Shown one piece after another: positions 25,851-33,728 of a stretch of 37,381 bases of DNA. The notes below the pieces were generated by a model. That model saw only the letters and a list, made by a program, of their open reading frames with translations. It was not told the origin of the DNA and searched no databases. The number at the start of each line of letters is the position of its first letter. Positions within the stretch are counted from its first letter, which is position 1. Source of the stretch: Cyanobium sp. NIES-981 (GTDB lineage Bacteria > Cyanobacteriota > Cyanobacteriia > PCC-6307 > Cyanobiaceae); NCBI GenBank assembly GCA_945907085.1, contig CAMDSS010000001.1, positions 1 to 37,381 of the forward strand, in the 5' to 3' direction. The translations under genes and the position numbers were made by a program.

Positions 25851-25907
25851 GCCAGGCCCATCTCACCATCATTGAACTTCCCAGCGGCCTGCCTGGTGGC
25901 TAGGCCA

Positions 25908-26201
25908 TCAGCGATAGGCGGAATCGTGATCCGGGTGGAGCGATAGCAACCGCAGCCAGGGGCCATCGCGCCAGGCCACTGCTCGGCAACTGCGGCTGAC
26001 TCTCAGGGAATAGAGCCGTTGTCCGTTGGGCCCCTGGCGGCTTTGGATCAGTTCCCAACGCAGGCCCTTGCTGCTTTGGAGTTGGTGCCAGGTCATGGCC
26101 TGGAGAAGGCGCATGGTCTTGAGAACAGCCCAAACCTCTTGTTTGCCAAGGGAGAGCAGGTTGGCTTGAAACTCCGGATTGTTGAGGTCGAGCTGAATCA
26201 C
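25908..26201 (-). CDS. Putative RelE/ParE-superfamily toxin
   Basis: 97 aa, LYSLRVSRSCRAV...LLSLHPDHDSAY; GTGA overlap with the upstream partner. Confidence 0.6.
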   Translation of the reverse strand: MIQLDLNNPEFQANLLSLGKQEVWAVLKTMRLLQAMTWHQLQSSKGLRWELIQSRQGPNGQRLYSLRVSRSCRAVAWRDGPWLRLLSLHPDHDSAYR

Positions 26202-26464
26202 CGGCTGCTGAGGTGAAGCTCGAGGGCGTCAAGATCAGTGGCCTCTGGAGGCTGATCCATGGCAGCCATGGCCCGATCAAGCTGCGCCGCCGCCTCGGGC
26301 TCATGCAGCCAAAGCTCAGAGTCGGGGATGGTCTGGGCCGTCTTGATCAGCCAGACACCGGGCTCTGGGCTGTTGACCAGAACGGTACGGCCCGCAAACT
26401 CCTTGCCCAGGGAGATCTGACCGCTTGCGCCAATGCGCTTGATGGCCTGGTTATTGACTTTCAT
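26198..26464 (-). CDS. Putative AbrB-fold antitoxin
   Basis: KRIGASGQISLGKEFAG N-terminus and acidic tail (EATDLDALE). Confidence 0.6.
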   Translation of the reverse strand: MKVNNQAIKRIGASGQISLGKEFAGRTVLVNSPEPGVWLIKTAQTIPDSELWLHEPEAAAQLDRAMAAMDQPPEATDLDALELHLSSR

Positions 26465-26681
26465 GCGGGCGCTCTTTTCCTGCCATCATGCCAGCGTTAA
26501 GTGAGCCCATTCGACGTTCAGGACTGGGCTCTGGAAATCCGCCCTGATGGGGTGACCTTCGCCTCGTTTGGCCTCGGCCAGGCGATCACGCTGCTGAGGG
26601 ATCAATCCCTTTTCAAAGAAAATGGCGTTTCAGTGAATAAGGCTGAAGACTATTTAAGGTTTGCCTTCGAGGCCCCTGGTC

Positions 26682-26727
26682 GATGCGCACTATGATGCGC
26701 ACATCGCTGCCTGGTTGTGATGCGCAC
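26682..26727 (+). promoter_or_regulatory. Triple GATGCGCAC repeat around a TATGAT -10 box (putative antitoxin operator)
   Basis: Copies at 26682, 26694 and 26719; TATGAT at 26691-26696. Confidence 0.55.
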
Positions 26728-26959
26728 CACCCTGGAGCTGCCGGATCCTCTGTTTGCGCGCCTGAAGGCCCGGGCTTCCACCGAGCGCCTCACTCTGAAG
26801 CAGTTGTTGCGCAGCTACGTGGAGCAGGGCCTCAACGCCACGCCCAGCGGCTCCGGCTCGAAACGTTCGGCACACACCCTGCCGCGCCTGGAGGGGCCCT
26901 TGGCCATCGAGGGCGAACACCTCAGCAACGCGGCACTGTTTGATCTGCTCGACGCGTGA
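26720..26959 (+). CDS. Ribbon-helix-helix antitoxin (VapB-like)
   Basis: MRTTLELPDPLFARLKARA..TLKQLL; GTGA overlap with the PIN gene. Confidence 0.82.
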   Translation: MRTTLELPDPLFARLKARASTERLTLKQLLRSYVEQGLNATPSGSGSKRSAHTLPRLEGPLAIEGEHLSNAALFDLLDA

Positions 26960-27405
26960 GCACCACCGTTGACCTGCCGGATCTGAACGTGTGGCTGGCC
27001 CTGGCCTGCCCCGACCACAGCCATCACCGCCAGGCCTTGCACTACTGGGAGCAGCAGGCCGCTGAACAGGTGCTGTTCTGCACGGTCACCGCGCTTGGGT
27101 TGGTGCGGCTCGTGGGCCAGCCGAAGCTGATGGGCGCGGCGGTTAAAACGGCAGCAGAAGCATCCGCTTTGCTGGACGCGTTTTGCCAGCAGCCGGGGGT
27201 GAGTAAGGGTTCGGCCGATGAGCATGCAGGCTGGGAGGTGTTTCACCAGCTGCTGTGCAGCGGTGAGCTGCCGCCCCGTCTGTGCACCGATGCCTACCTG
27301 GCAGCCCTGGCGATCGCCAATGGCTGGCGCCTGGTGAGTTTCGATCGCGATTTCGAGCGGTTTGAAGGCTTGGAGCGGTTGGCGCTGCGAGGAGCACGGC
27401 CATGA
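26956..27405 (+). CDS. vapC: PIN-domain toxin VapC
   Basis: PDLNVWLAL..DHSHH, TDAYLAALA, LVSFDRDF. Confidence 0.9.
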   Translation: MSTTVDLPDLNVWLALACPDHSHHRQALHYWEQQAAEQVLFCTVTALGLVRLVGQPKLMGAAVKTAAEASALLDAFCQQPGVSKGSADEHAGWEVFHQLLCSGELPPRLCTDAYLAALAIANGWRLVSFDRDFERFEGLERLALRGARP

Positions 27406-27830
27406 GCCGTGAGCTAATGGCAGAAGACATCCGCTGGCAACAGCGCTTCAGCAACTACCGCAAAGCCCTGGAGCGCCTGGAGGATTTCCTGGAGCCTCCG
27501 GCGTTGAATGAACGCGAGCAGCAGGGGCTGATCAAGGCATTCGAATACACCTATGAACTGGCTTGGAACACCTTGCGCGATCTGCTGCGCAGCCAGGGTG
27601 ATGCCTCCCTGCTGGGAGCGCGTGACACCCTGCGCGAAGCCTTCCGTCTGGGTCTGATCGAGCAGGGCGAAGCCTGGATGCTGATGCTTCAAGACCGCAA
27701 TCTCACCAGCCACACCTACAACCGCGCCACGGCGGATGCCATTGCGGCCCAGATCATCGATTGCTACCTGCCCTGTTTTCAGCAGTTGCGCTGCAGGCTG
27801 GAGCAACGGGTTCAGGAGGAAGCACCATGA
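27402..27830 (+). CDS. HEPN protein, HI0074 nucleotidyltransferase-substrate-binding family
   Basis: DIRWQQRFSNY, GLIKAFEYTYELAW, RNLTSH (RxxxxH); start may be ATG 27417. Confidence 0.9.
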   Translation: MSRELMAEDIRWQQRFSNYRKALERLEDFLEPPALNEREQQGLIKAFEYTYELAWNTLRDLLRSQGDASLLGARDTLREAFRLGLIEQGEAWMLMLQDRNLTSHTYNRATADAIAAQIIDCYLPCFQQLRCRLEQRVQEEAP

Positions 27831-28123
27831 ACATCCCAGCACAGGCGCAAGACCGGCTCCTGGCCGTGCTCACGGCACAGCCTCATGTGCAGCGCATCTG
27901 GCTGTTCGGCTCGCGGGCGATGGGGCGTGAGCAGCCAGGGTCTGATCTGGATCTCTGCCTGGAGGCCCCGCAGCTGGGCCACAGCGATCGTTTGCGGCTG
28001 CTGAACGCCGTGGATGATTTGTGCCTTCCCTGGCAGGTGGATCTGGTGCTGCGCCACGAGTTGCCCGCCGATCTGGAGGCCCATGTGCAGCGGGTGGGCC
28101 GCTGCCTCTGGACCCAGCCATGA
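27827..28123 (+). CDS. Minimal nucleotidyltransferase (HI0073-like)
   Basis: LFGSRAMG...SDLDL, LPWQVDL; ATGA overlap with the HEPN gene. Confidence 0.88.
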   Translation: MNIPAQAQDRLLAVLTAQPHVQRIWLFGSRAMGREQPGSDLDLCLEAPQLGHSDRLRLLNAVDDLCLPWQVDLVLRHELPADLEAHVQRVGRCLWTQP

Positions 28124-28157
28124 CGACCGCATCTTCGCGGCCGGCCACCGTGGCATG
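28122..28157 (+). pseudogene. 12-codon relic of GDP-L-fucose synthase N-terminus
   Basis: Reads DDRIFAAGHRGM, compared with the Fcl/WcaG start RIF(V/I)AGHRGMVG. Confidence 0.5.
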
Positions 28158-28280
28158 ACGTGCTTTCGCTAGGTGTGAGTACTTGGTCGTTGGTGATCAC
28201 GCCCCATAGCCGCCCCCAACTCGATCCGCCCCGAAAGCGAACGGCAAACCAGCCTCGGCTGGCGAGCACGGTGGCTGTTT

Positions 28281-28385
28281 TTCGTGATGGTCTTGCAAGG
28301 CCACCCAGCTTTCGGCGCTCCGGCCCACCACGCGCGACAGACGCAGGGCCATATCGGGTGTCAGGCGGCTTTGGCAGCTGATCAA
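28281..28385 (-). pseudogene. HigA-type antitoxin fragment
   Basis: SRLTPDMALRLSRVVGRSAESWVALQ matches the HigA C-terminal half; the N-terminus is absent. Confidence 0.7.
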
Positions 28386-28409
28386 GCGTTTCAGGGTGGA
28401 AGCAGAAAC

Positions 28410-28643
28410 CTGCAGACGGCCAGCCTGGATGAGCTGAATGAGGCATCCGCTGCCGGCTGGGCCGGTTTGCCTGGAGCCGGCCCAAACCCATGAAGATCAC
28501 GGCCGACACCAATGTGCTGGTGCGTGCTGTGCGAACTGGTGTGGGTGTTGCGGCGGGTGTATGGCTTCGCCGGGGCTGATTGCCTCAGCGCCATCGAAGC
28601 GCTGATGGCGAGCAAAACGGTTGTGGCGGATGGGGTGATCGCC
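28410..28643 (+). pseudogene. Relic AbrB-tail plus internally deleted PIN toxin
   Basis: ASLDELNEASAAGWAG-stop overlaps (ATGA at 28490) MKITADTNVLVRAV, followed by a frame jump to LCELVWVLRRVYGF and ADGVIA. Confidence 0.7.
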
Positions 28644-28862
28644 TTGGGTGCTCGTCTGCCGGATGGGCTTGTGGCTGAGCTCGATGCGGCGGCTGCGCAG
28701 CTCAGTCGCTGCCGGGCCGACATCATTCGCCAGGCGATCGAGTACTACCTCGACGACATCGAGGATCTGCGTTGCGGTGTGGCTGCTCTGAAGGACCCTG
28801 CCGACCCAGTGCTCAATTGGGCTGAGGTGCGTGTAGCCGAAGGCTTCTCGCGAAGCGAATAG
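28644..28862 (+). CDS. RHH/CopG antitoxin, N-terminus replaced by fusion to the PIN relic
   Basis: ARLPDGLVAELD...RADIIRQAIEYYLDDIEDL...LNWAEV. Confidence 0.65.
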   Translation: MGARLPDGLVAELDAAAAQLSRCRADIIRQAIEYYLDDIEDLRCGVAALKDPADPVLNWAEVRVAEGFSRSE

Positions 28863-29114
28863 CCCTGCTCGCTGCGCATTAAGCGTTCTGTGGCCAAGGC
28901 CTTGGCCAGCCTGCCAAAGGTTGAGCGCGAACGCCTGGTGGAGGCCATCGAGCTGCTGTGTGACACGCCTGCAGCGGGCTCTGCTCTCAAGGGAGAGTTC
29001 GAGGTTTTGCGGCGTCTGCGCGTTGGCCGCTATCGCGTGGTGTACGAGTGGCAGCGCAGCGATCTGGTGATCCTGGTGGTGCGCCTTGGACACCGCCGGG
29101 AGGTGTACCGCTGA
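28863..29114 (+). pseudogene. relE: RelE/ParE toxin, native start codon apparently lost
   Basis: SLRIKRSVAKAL...LKG..RRLRVGRYRVVY..VVRLGHRREVYR; the first strand has no start codon, and the first usable one is GTG 28890. Confidence 0.7.
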
Positions 29115-29139
29115 TCGGCTTAGGCCCCAGCTCTGCCCC

Positions 29140-29619
29140 TCACTCAAACCTCCGCTTTTGATCTCTATGGCGGCGGGCTTCGCGGCGGGTGAATTCGCCC
29201 ACGGTGGGGTTGGGCACGATCGGATCCACGTGGGCCACCTGGCCCCAGAGATCGCGGGGGGCTAGGCGCAGGCTGATTGCGCCATCGGGGGCTTTGGTGA
29301 GGTGATACCAGCGCTTTTGGCCGCAGCTGGCGCAGTAGAGCTCTTCCAGCCACTCGTTTGAGAGCACCAGCACCGGGTAGGCGTTGATCACCAACTTGGC
29401 CCTGCCGGCGGCCATGCCCCGGGTTACGAGCTCCTCACTGGTGAGCAGGTGCAGGTAGTACTTGCGGCCGTTGCCCAGCAGGGCCTGGTCTGGGTGCCTG
29501 GGGCAGGCCAGCTTTCGGCCGGTGGGCGTACGCCGGCGCCGCCCTGGCTTGGCGGCTTCCTGGATGGGTCCCTCGGGCGTGGGCGAAGCGGGCACAAACA
29601 AGTGTTTCAAGCCTTTCAA
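29140..29619 (-). CDS. Hypothetical basic protein with CxxH and CxxC motifs
   Basis: CPRHP, EWLEELYCASCG, NPTVGEFTRR; start uncertain. Confidence 0.6.
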   Translation of the reverse strand: MKGLKHLFVPASPTPEGPIQEAAKPGRRRRTPTGRKLACPRHPDQALLGNGRKYYLHLLTSEELVTRGMAAGRAKLVINAYPVLVLSNEWLEELYCASCGQKRWYHLTKAPDGAISLRLAPRDLWGQVAHVDPIVPNPTVGEFTRREARRHRDQKRRFE

Positions 29620-29889
29620 TCCTGCCAGGGCTGGGCTTTGATATCCCTGGTTGGCGCCCAGTTGTTATGCAGAAACTGTAAAGTGATGCACGTTGCCACC
29701 CCCCCCATTTGCATAGGTATATGTGAGGCCGACTTGCTGCAAGGTGTGCGATTCTCTTAAGGTCTGATCGAGATGGTTGAGCCCAGCTCCTATCCGGCGG
29801 CCATAGGTTGGGATTGGTGTGCCTGAGCTGGGTTTTGGCCGCTGGGCGCTTGATCTGGCTCTTCCGATTTTTGCTTAGCGGTATAACCG

Positions 29890-31908
29890 TTGTTGCCCAA
29901 CCATTTGAGCCCTAAGTCACCCCTAAAGAACCCACTTATCGGGCTTGATGCAGCTGTACTCGGCCGGCGGCTGTGTCTGCTGGGGTTCGACGCAGGTTTG
30001 ATCGCCGCATCGTTTTGGGGCGCCTTGGCCCTGCGCCTCAATGGCGAAGTGGGCCCGCAGTTGGCCAACACCAGCTACCTGTTGCCGCTGGCTATTGCCA
30101 TCGGCTTGCTCACGTTTCTTGGGAGCGGCTGGTATCGGGGCCTCACCCGCTATTCGGGCAGCCTGTCGCTCTATGGCTTTCCGCCCCGGGCCGCCCTGGT
30201 GGCCCTGGCGCTCCTGCTGGTGAGCACCTTGCACGGTGGGCCCCAACCGCCGCGTAGCTTATGGTTGCTGTTTTGGCTGCTGCTCAGCGCCTTGGTGATG
30301 GGCAGCCGAATCGTGCTGCGCGACCTGCTGCGCTTTGGCATGCAATGGTCCGGCCAGGGCCAGGGCCAGGGCCAGGGTGAAGGTGAAGGCAGAAAAACCC
30401 TGATCTATGGGGCAGGAGAAGCGGGGCTCAGGCTGCTGGAGAGCCTGCGCTTTGATCTGCGCTTTTCCATCGTGGGCCTACTGGATGATGCCCCCCAGCT
30501 CTGGGGCCGCAAGGTGCAGGGCCTGGCCATCCACAGGCCCGATCAACTGGAGGGGCTGATCACCAAGCAGCGCATCCGCCAAGTGCTGCTGGCCATGCCC
30601 TCCACGCCCCTTTCGCGGCGCAGCCAACTGGTGCGCCAGCTCAAGGCCATGGGCCTGGAGGTGATGGCAATGCCCTCATTAGCCCAGATCGCTTCAGGCG
30701 AAAGCTCCGTGAGTGAGCTGCGCCCCGTAGCGATCGAAGAGCTCCTGGGCCGCGAACCGTCTGAGCCGATCCACGAGCTGCTGCAAGCTGCGGTGCAAGG
30801 GGAAGCGGTGCTGGTAACGGGGGCGGGGGGATCGATTGGATCGGCCCTTTGCCGCCGGGTGCTCAGCCAGCGGCCCAAGGCCTTGGTGCTCTTGGAGCGC
30901 AATGAATTCGCCCTCTATGCCATCCACCAGGAGCTCCATGGCAAGGCCTGGGCAGAGGGCATCGAGCTGGTGCCAGTGCTGGCCGATGTGGCCGATCAGC
31001 CACGGATGGAGATGCTGCTGCGCCGCCATGGCATCACGGTGCTCCTGCATGCGGCGGCCTACAAGCATGTGCCCCTGGTGGAGGCCAACGTGTGCGCAGG
31101 CCTGGCCAACAACATCTTTGGCACCCGCTCTGCGCTTGATGCGGCCATCGCCTGCGGCCTGAAGCGCTTCACCTTGATTTCTACCGATAAGGCGGTGCGG
31201 CCCACCAACGTGATGGGGGCAAGTAAGCGGGTGTGTGAGCTGGTGGTGCAGGATGCGGCGGCCCGGGTGGCAGCACAAGGGAGCGGCCCGATTTGCTCAA
31301 TGGTGCGCTTTGGCAATGTGCTGGGCTCATCGGGTTCGGTGGTACCCCTGTTTCGCGAGCAGATCGCGAGCGGGGGCCCGGTCACGGTGACCCATCCGGA
31401 GATCACCCGCTATTTCATGACCATTCCAGAAGCAGCCCAGCTGGTGCTGCAGGCCACGGGGATGGCCCAGGGGGGAGAGGTGTTTGTGCTGGATATGGGT
31501 GAGCCGGTGAAGTTGGTGGATCTAGCCCGCCAGATGGTGGAGCTCTCGGGCTGCACGGTGCGTGATAGCCAGAACCCGGATGGGGATATCGCGATCACCT
31601 TTGCTGGATTAAGGCCCGGTGAAAAGCTCTACGAAGAACTATTGCTTTGTGATACGGATCAGGCCACGGGGCACCCGTTGATTCGGCAGGCGCAGGAGAA
31701 GAGATTGGAAACCGATGAGCTTGCTGAATTGTTGGATCACTTAGAACAAGCCCTGTTTGATTGGGATCGGCAGGAAGCTGTGGGGATTTTGCAGAGGTTG
31801 GTCAAGGAGTACCAAGCCAGCTATGTCCCTGCTTATTCAGCAGCAGTTAGCCCTTGTGGCCCGAACCAGCGACCAGCTCAACAGACCAGCGGGCAAAGCG
31901 GTCTATGA
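29890..31908 (+). CDS. Membrane-bound nucleoside-diphosphate-sugar 4,6-dehydratase (CapD/WbpM/PglF family)
   Basis: N-terminal TMs, IYGAGEAG, VTGAGGSIGS, HAAAYKHVP, STDKAVRPTNVMGASK, VRFGNVLGSSGSV, GLRPGEKLYEEL. Confidence 0.95.
   Translation: MLPNHLSPKSPLKNPLIGLDAAVLGRRLCLLGFDAGLIAASFWGALALRLNGEVGPQLANTSYLLPLAIAIGLLTFLGSGWYRGLTRYSGSLSLYGFPPRAALVALALLLVSTLHGGPQPPRSLWLLFWLLLSALVMGSRIVLRDLLRFGMQWSGQGQGQGQGEGEGRKTLIYGAGEAGLRLLESLRFDLRFSIVGLLDDAPQLWGRKVQGLAIHRPDQLEGLITKQRIRQVLLAMPSTPLSRRSQLVRQLKAMGLEVMAMPSLAQIASGESSVSELRPVAIEELLGREPSEPIHELLQAAVQGEAVLVTGAGGSIGSALCRRVLSQRPKALVLLERNEFALYAIHQELHGKAWAEGIELVPVLADVADQPRMEMLLRRHGITVLLHAAAYKHVPLVEANVCAGLANNIFGTRSALDAAIACGLKRFTLISTDKAVRPTNVMGASKRVCELVVQDAAARVAAQGSGPICSMVRFGNVLGSSGSVVPLFREQIASGGPVTVTHPEITRYFMTIPEAAQLVLQATGMAQGGEVFVLDMGEPVKLVDLARQMVELSGCTVRDSQNPDGDIAITFAGLRPGEKLYEELLLCDTDQATGHPLIRQAQEKRLETDELAELLDHLEQALFDWDRQEAVGILQRLVKEYQASYVPAYSAAVSPCGPNQRPAQQTSGQSGL
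30352..30390 (+). repeat. In-frame hexamer repeat (GGCCAG)x4 (GGTGAA)x2
   Basis: Encodes the GQGQGQGQGEGEG linker. Confidence 0.85.
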
Positions 31909-33686
31909 ACGACCAATCCCAATCCACCCGCACCCTCCTCCTGGGCATCTGGGGCCACCTCAGCCGCCGCCGCCGCATCCAGCTGGGACTGCTTTTGGTG
32001 GTGATGCTGGCAAGTGGTGGGGCGGAGTTGGTTTCGCTGGGGGCGGTGCTGCCGTTTCTAGCCGTGTTGAGCAACCCGCAGCAGCTCTGGCAGCAGCCCC
32101 TGATCCAGGGGCTGGCTCTTCGGGTGGGCTACGGCCAGCCTCAGCAGCTGGTGCTGCCGGCCACGACGGCCTTTGCCCTGGCGGCGGTTCTGGCGGCGCT
32201 GATCCGGCTGCTGAACCTGTGGCTGAACGGCCGGCTGGCGGCGGCTGTGGGATCCGATCTGAGCTGTGAGGCCTACCGGCGCACGCTAAATCAGCCGTAC
32301 CAGGTGCATGTGCAGCGCAACAGCAGCACGTTGATCACAGCGATGACCAATCACATTGCGCTCACCGTGTTCGCTCTCAATGCGGTCCTGCTGATTGTCT
32401 CAGCGTTTGTGGTGGCGGTTGGCTTGCTGATCGGGCTGCTGCTGATCGATTGGCTGGTGGCCTTGTCCACTGCGGGGCTCTTTGGCATTGCCTATGGCCT
32501 TTTGGCGGCCATGTCGCGGCGCCAGCTTCAGCAGAACGGTGGACGGATTGCAGAAGCAGCCAATCAGCGGGTCAAGGCTCTTCAGGAAGGCCTGGGCGCC
32601 ATTCGCGACGTGTTGCTGGAAGGCAGTCAGGCCACCTATCTGGAGCTCTATCGCCTAGCCGATCGCCCTCAGCGCTTGCTTGAGAGCAAAAACGTCTTTC
32701 TCTCCGTGTTTCCGCGCTATGCCCTCGAGGCCGTGGGCCTGGTAGCGATCGCGGTGCTGGGTGGGCTGCTGGTGCTGCAGCGGGGCAGTGGTGCCGCCGT
32801 GATCCCCCTGCTGGGTGCCTTAGCCCTGGGCGCCCAGCGGCTGCTGCCCGCTCTTCAGCAGATCTATTCCGGCTGGGCGAACTTGAACAGCTGGAGTGCC
32901 AGCCTCACCGCGGTGCTCGAACTGCTGGAGCAGCCCCTACCGCCACGGCAGGCTGTTGCCGAACCCCTTGCCCTGCAGCAGAGCCTTCGCCTGCAGGGCG
33001 TGCGCTTTAAATACGCTCCAGAGCTGCCGGAGGTGCTGCAGGGCCTGGATCTGGAGATCCTCCGCGGCGAGCGCATCGGCCTAATCGGTACCACGGGCAG
33101 CGGCAAGAGCACCTTGGTAGATGTTCTGATGGGCCTGCTGGTGCCCAGCGCCGGCCGGTTGCTGGTGGATGGGCTGGATCTGCACGACCCGGCCCATGCT
33201 GAGCGCCTGTCGAGTTGGCAGGCGGCAGTGGCCCATGTGCCCCAGGTTATCTATCTGGCCGATAGCTCGATTACCGAAAACATTGCCTTTGGTGTGCCAA
33301 GCCACTCGATCGATCTGGCACGGGTGAAGCAGGCCGCCGAGCAGGCCCAGATCGCCAGCTTCATTGAGAGCAGCCCAGAGGGCTATGCCAGTTTTGTGGG
33401 GGAACGGGGTATCCGGCTTAGCGGCGGGCAGCGCCAACGGATTGGAATCGCCCGTGCCCTCTACAAGAAAGCTCGGGTGATAGTGCTGGATGAAGCCACT
33501 AGTTCTCTGGATACCAGCACTGAGGAGGCCGTGATGGAGGCGGTGGAGGAGTTGAGCCGTAATCTCACGATGGTGATGATCGCCCACCGCTTGAGCACGT
33601 TACAGCGCTGCGATCGTGTGGTTCGGTTAAATAAAGGAGCCGTTGTGGCAAGTGGGCCGCCGAGCCTAATCCTGACATCAAACTGA
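31905..33686 (+). CDS. ABC transporter, fused permease/ATPase (PglK/MsbA-like glycan flippase)
   Basis: TM domain, GTTGSGKST, LSGGQRQR, LDEATS, IAHRL; ATGA overlap with the upstream gene. Confidence 0.92.
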   Translation: MNDQSQSTRTLLLGIWGHLSRRRRIQLGLLLVVMLASGGAELVSLGAVLPFLAVLSNPQQLWQQPLIQGLALRVGYGQPQQLVLPATTAFALAAVLAALIRLLNLWLNGRLAAAVGSDLSCEAYRRTLNQPYQVHVQRNSSTLITAMTNHIALTVFALNAVLLIVSAFVVAVGLLIGLLLIDWLVALSTAGLFGIAYGLLAAMSRRQLQQNGGRIAEAANQRVKALQEGLGAIRDVLLEGSQATYLELYRLADRPQRLLESKNVFLSVFPRYALEAVGLVAIAVLGGLLVLQRGSGAAVIPLLGALALGAQRLLPALQQIYSGWANLNSWSASLTAVLELLEQPLPPRQAVAEPLALQQSLRLQGVRFKYAPELPEVLQGLDLEILRGERIGLIGTTGSGKSTLVDVLMGLLVPSAGRLLVDGLDLHDPAHAERLSSWQAAVAHVPQVIYLADSSITENIAFGVPSHSIDLARVKQAAEQAQIASFIESSPEGYASFVGERGIRLSGGQRQRIGIARALYKKARVIVLDEATSSLDTSTEEAVMEAVEELSRNLTMVMIAHRLSTLQRCDRVVRLNKGAVVASGPPSLILTSN

Positions 33687-33728
33687 TTTGGCTCTTCATG
33701 AGATTTTAACCCGAACCGCTGACTTATT

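Noticed and set aside
26501-26695. 64-aa ORF between TA modules
   Set aside because: No recognisable motif; it may be another relic but cannot be supported
28160-28280. Minus-strand GVITNDQV, resembling another antitoxin tail
   Set aside because: Too short and degenerate to call
24380-29114. Integron cassette array, CRISPR array or IS elements as an explanation for the TA cluster
   Set aside because: No recurring attC-like or CRISPR-like repeats, no terminal inverted repeats and no integrase, cas or transposase gene seen by eye
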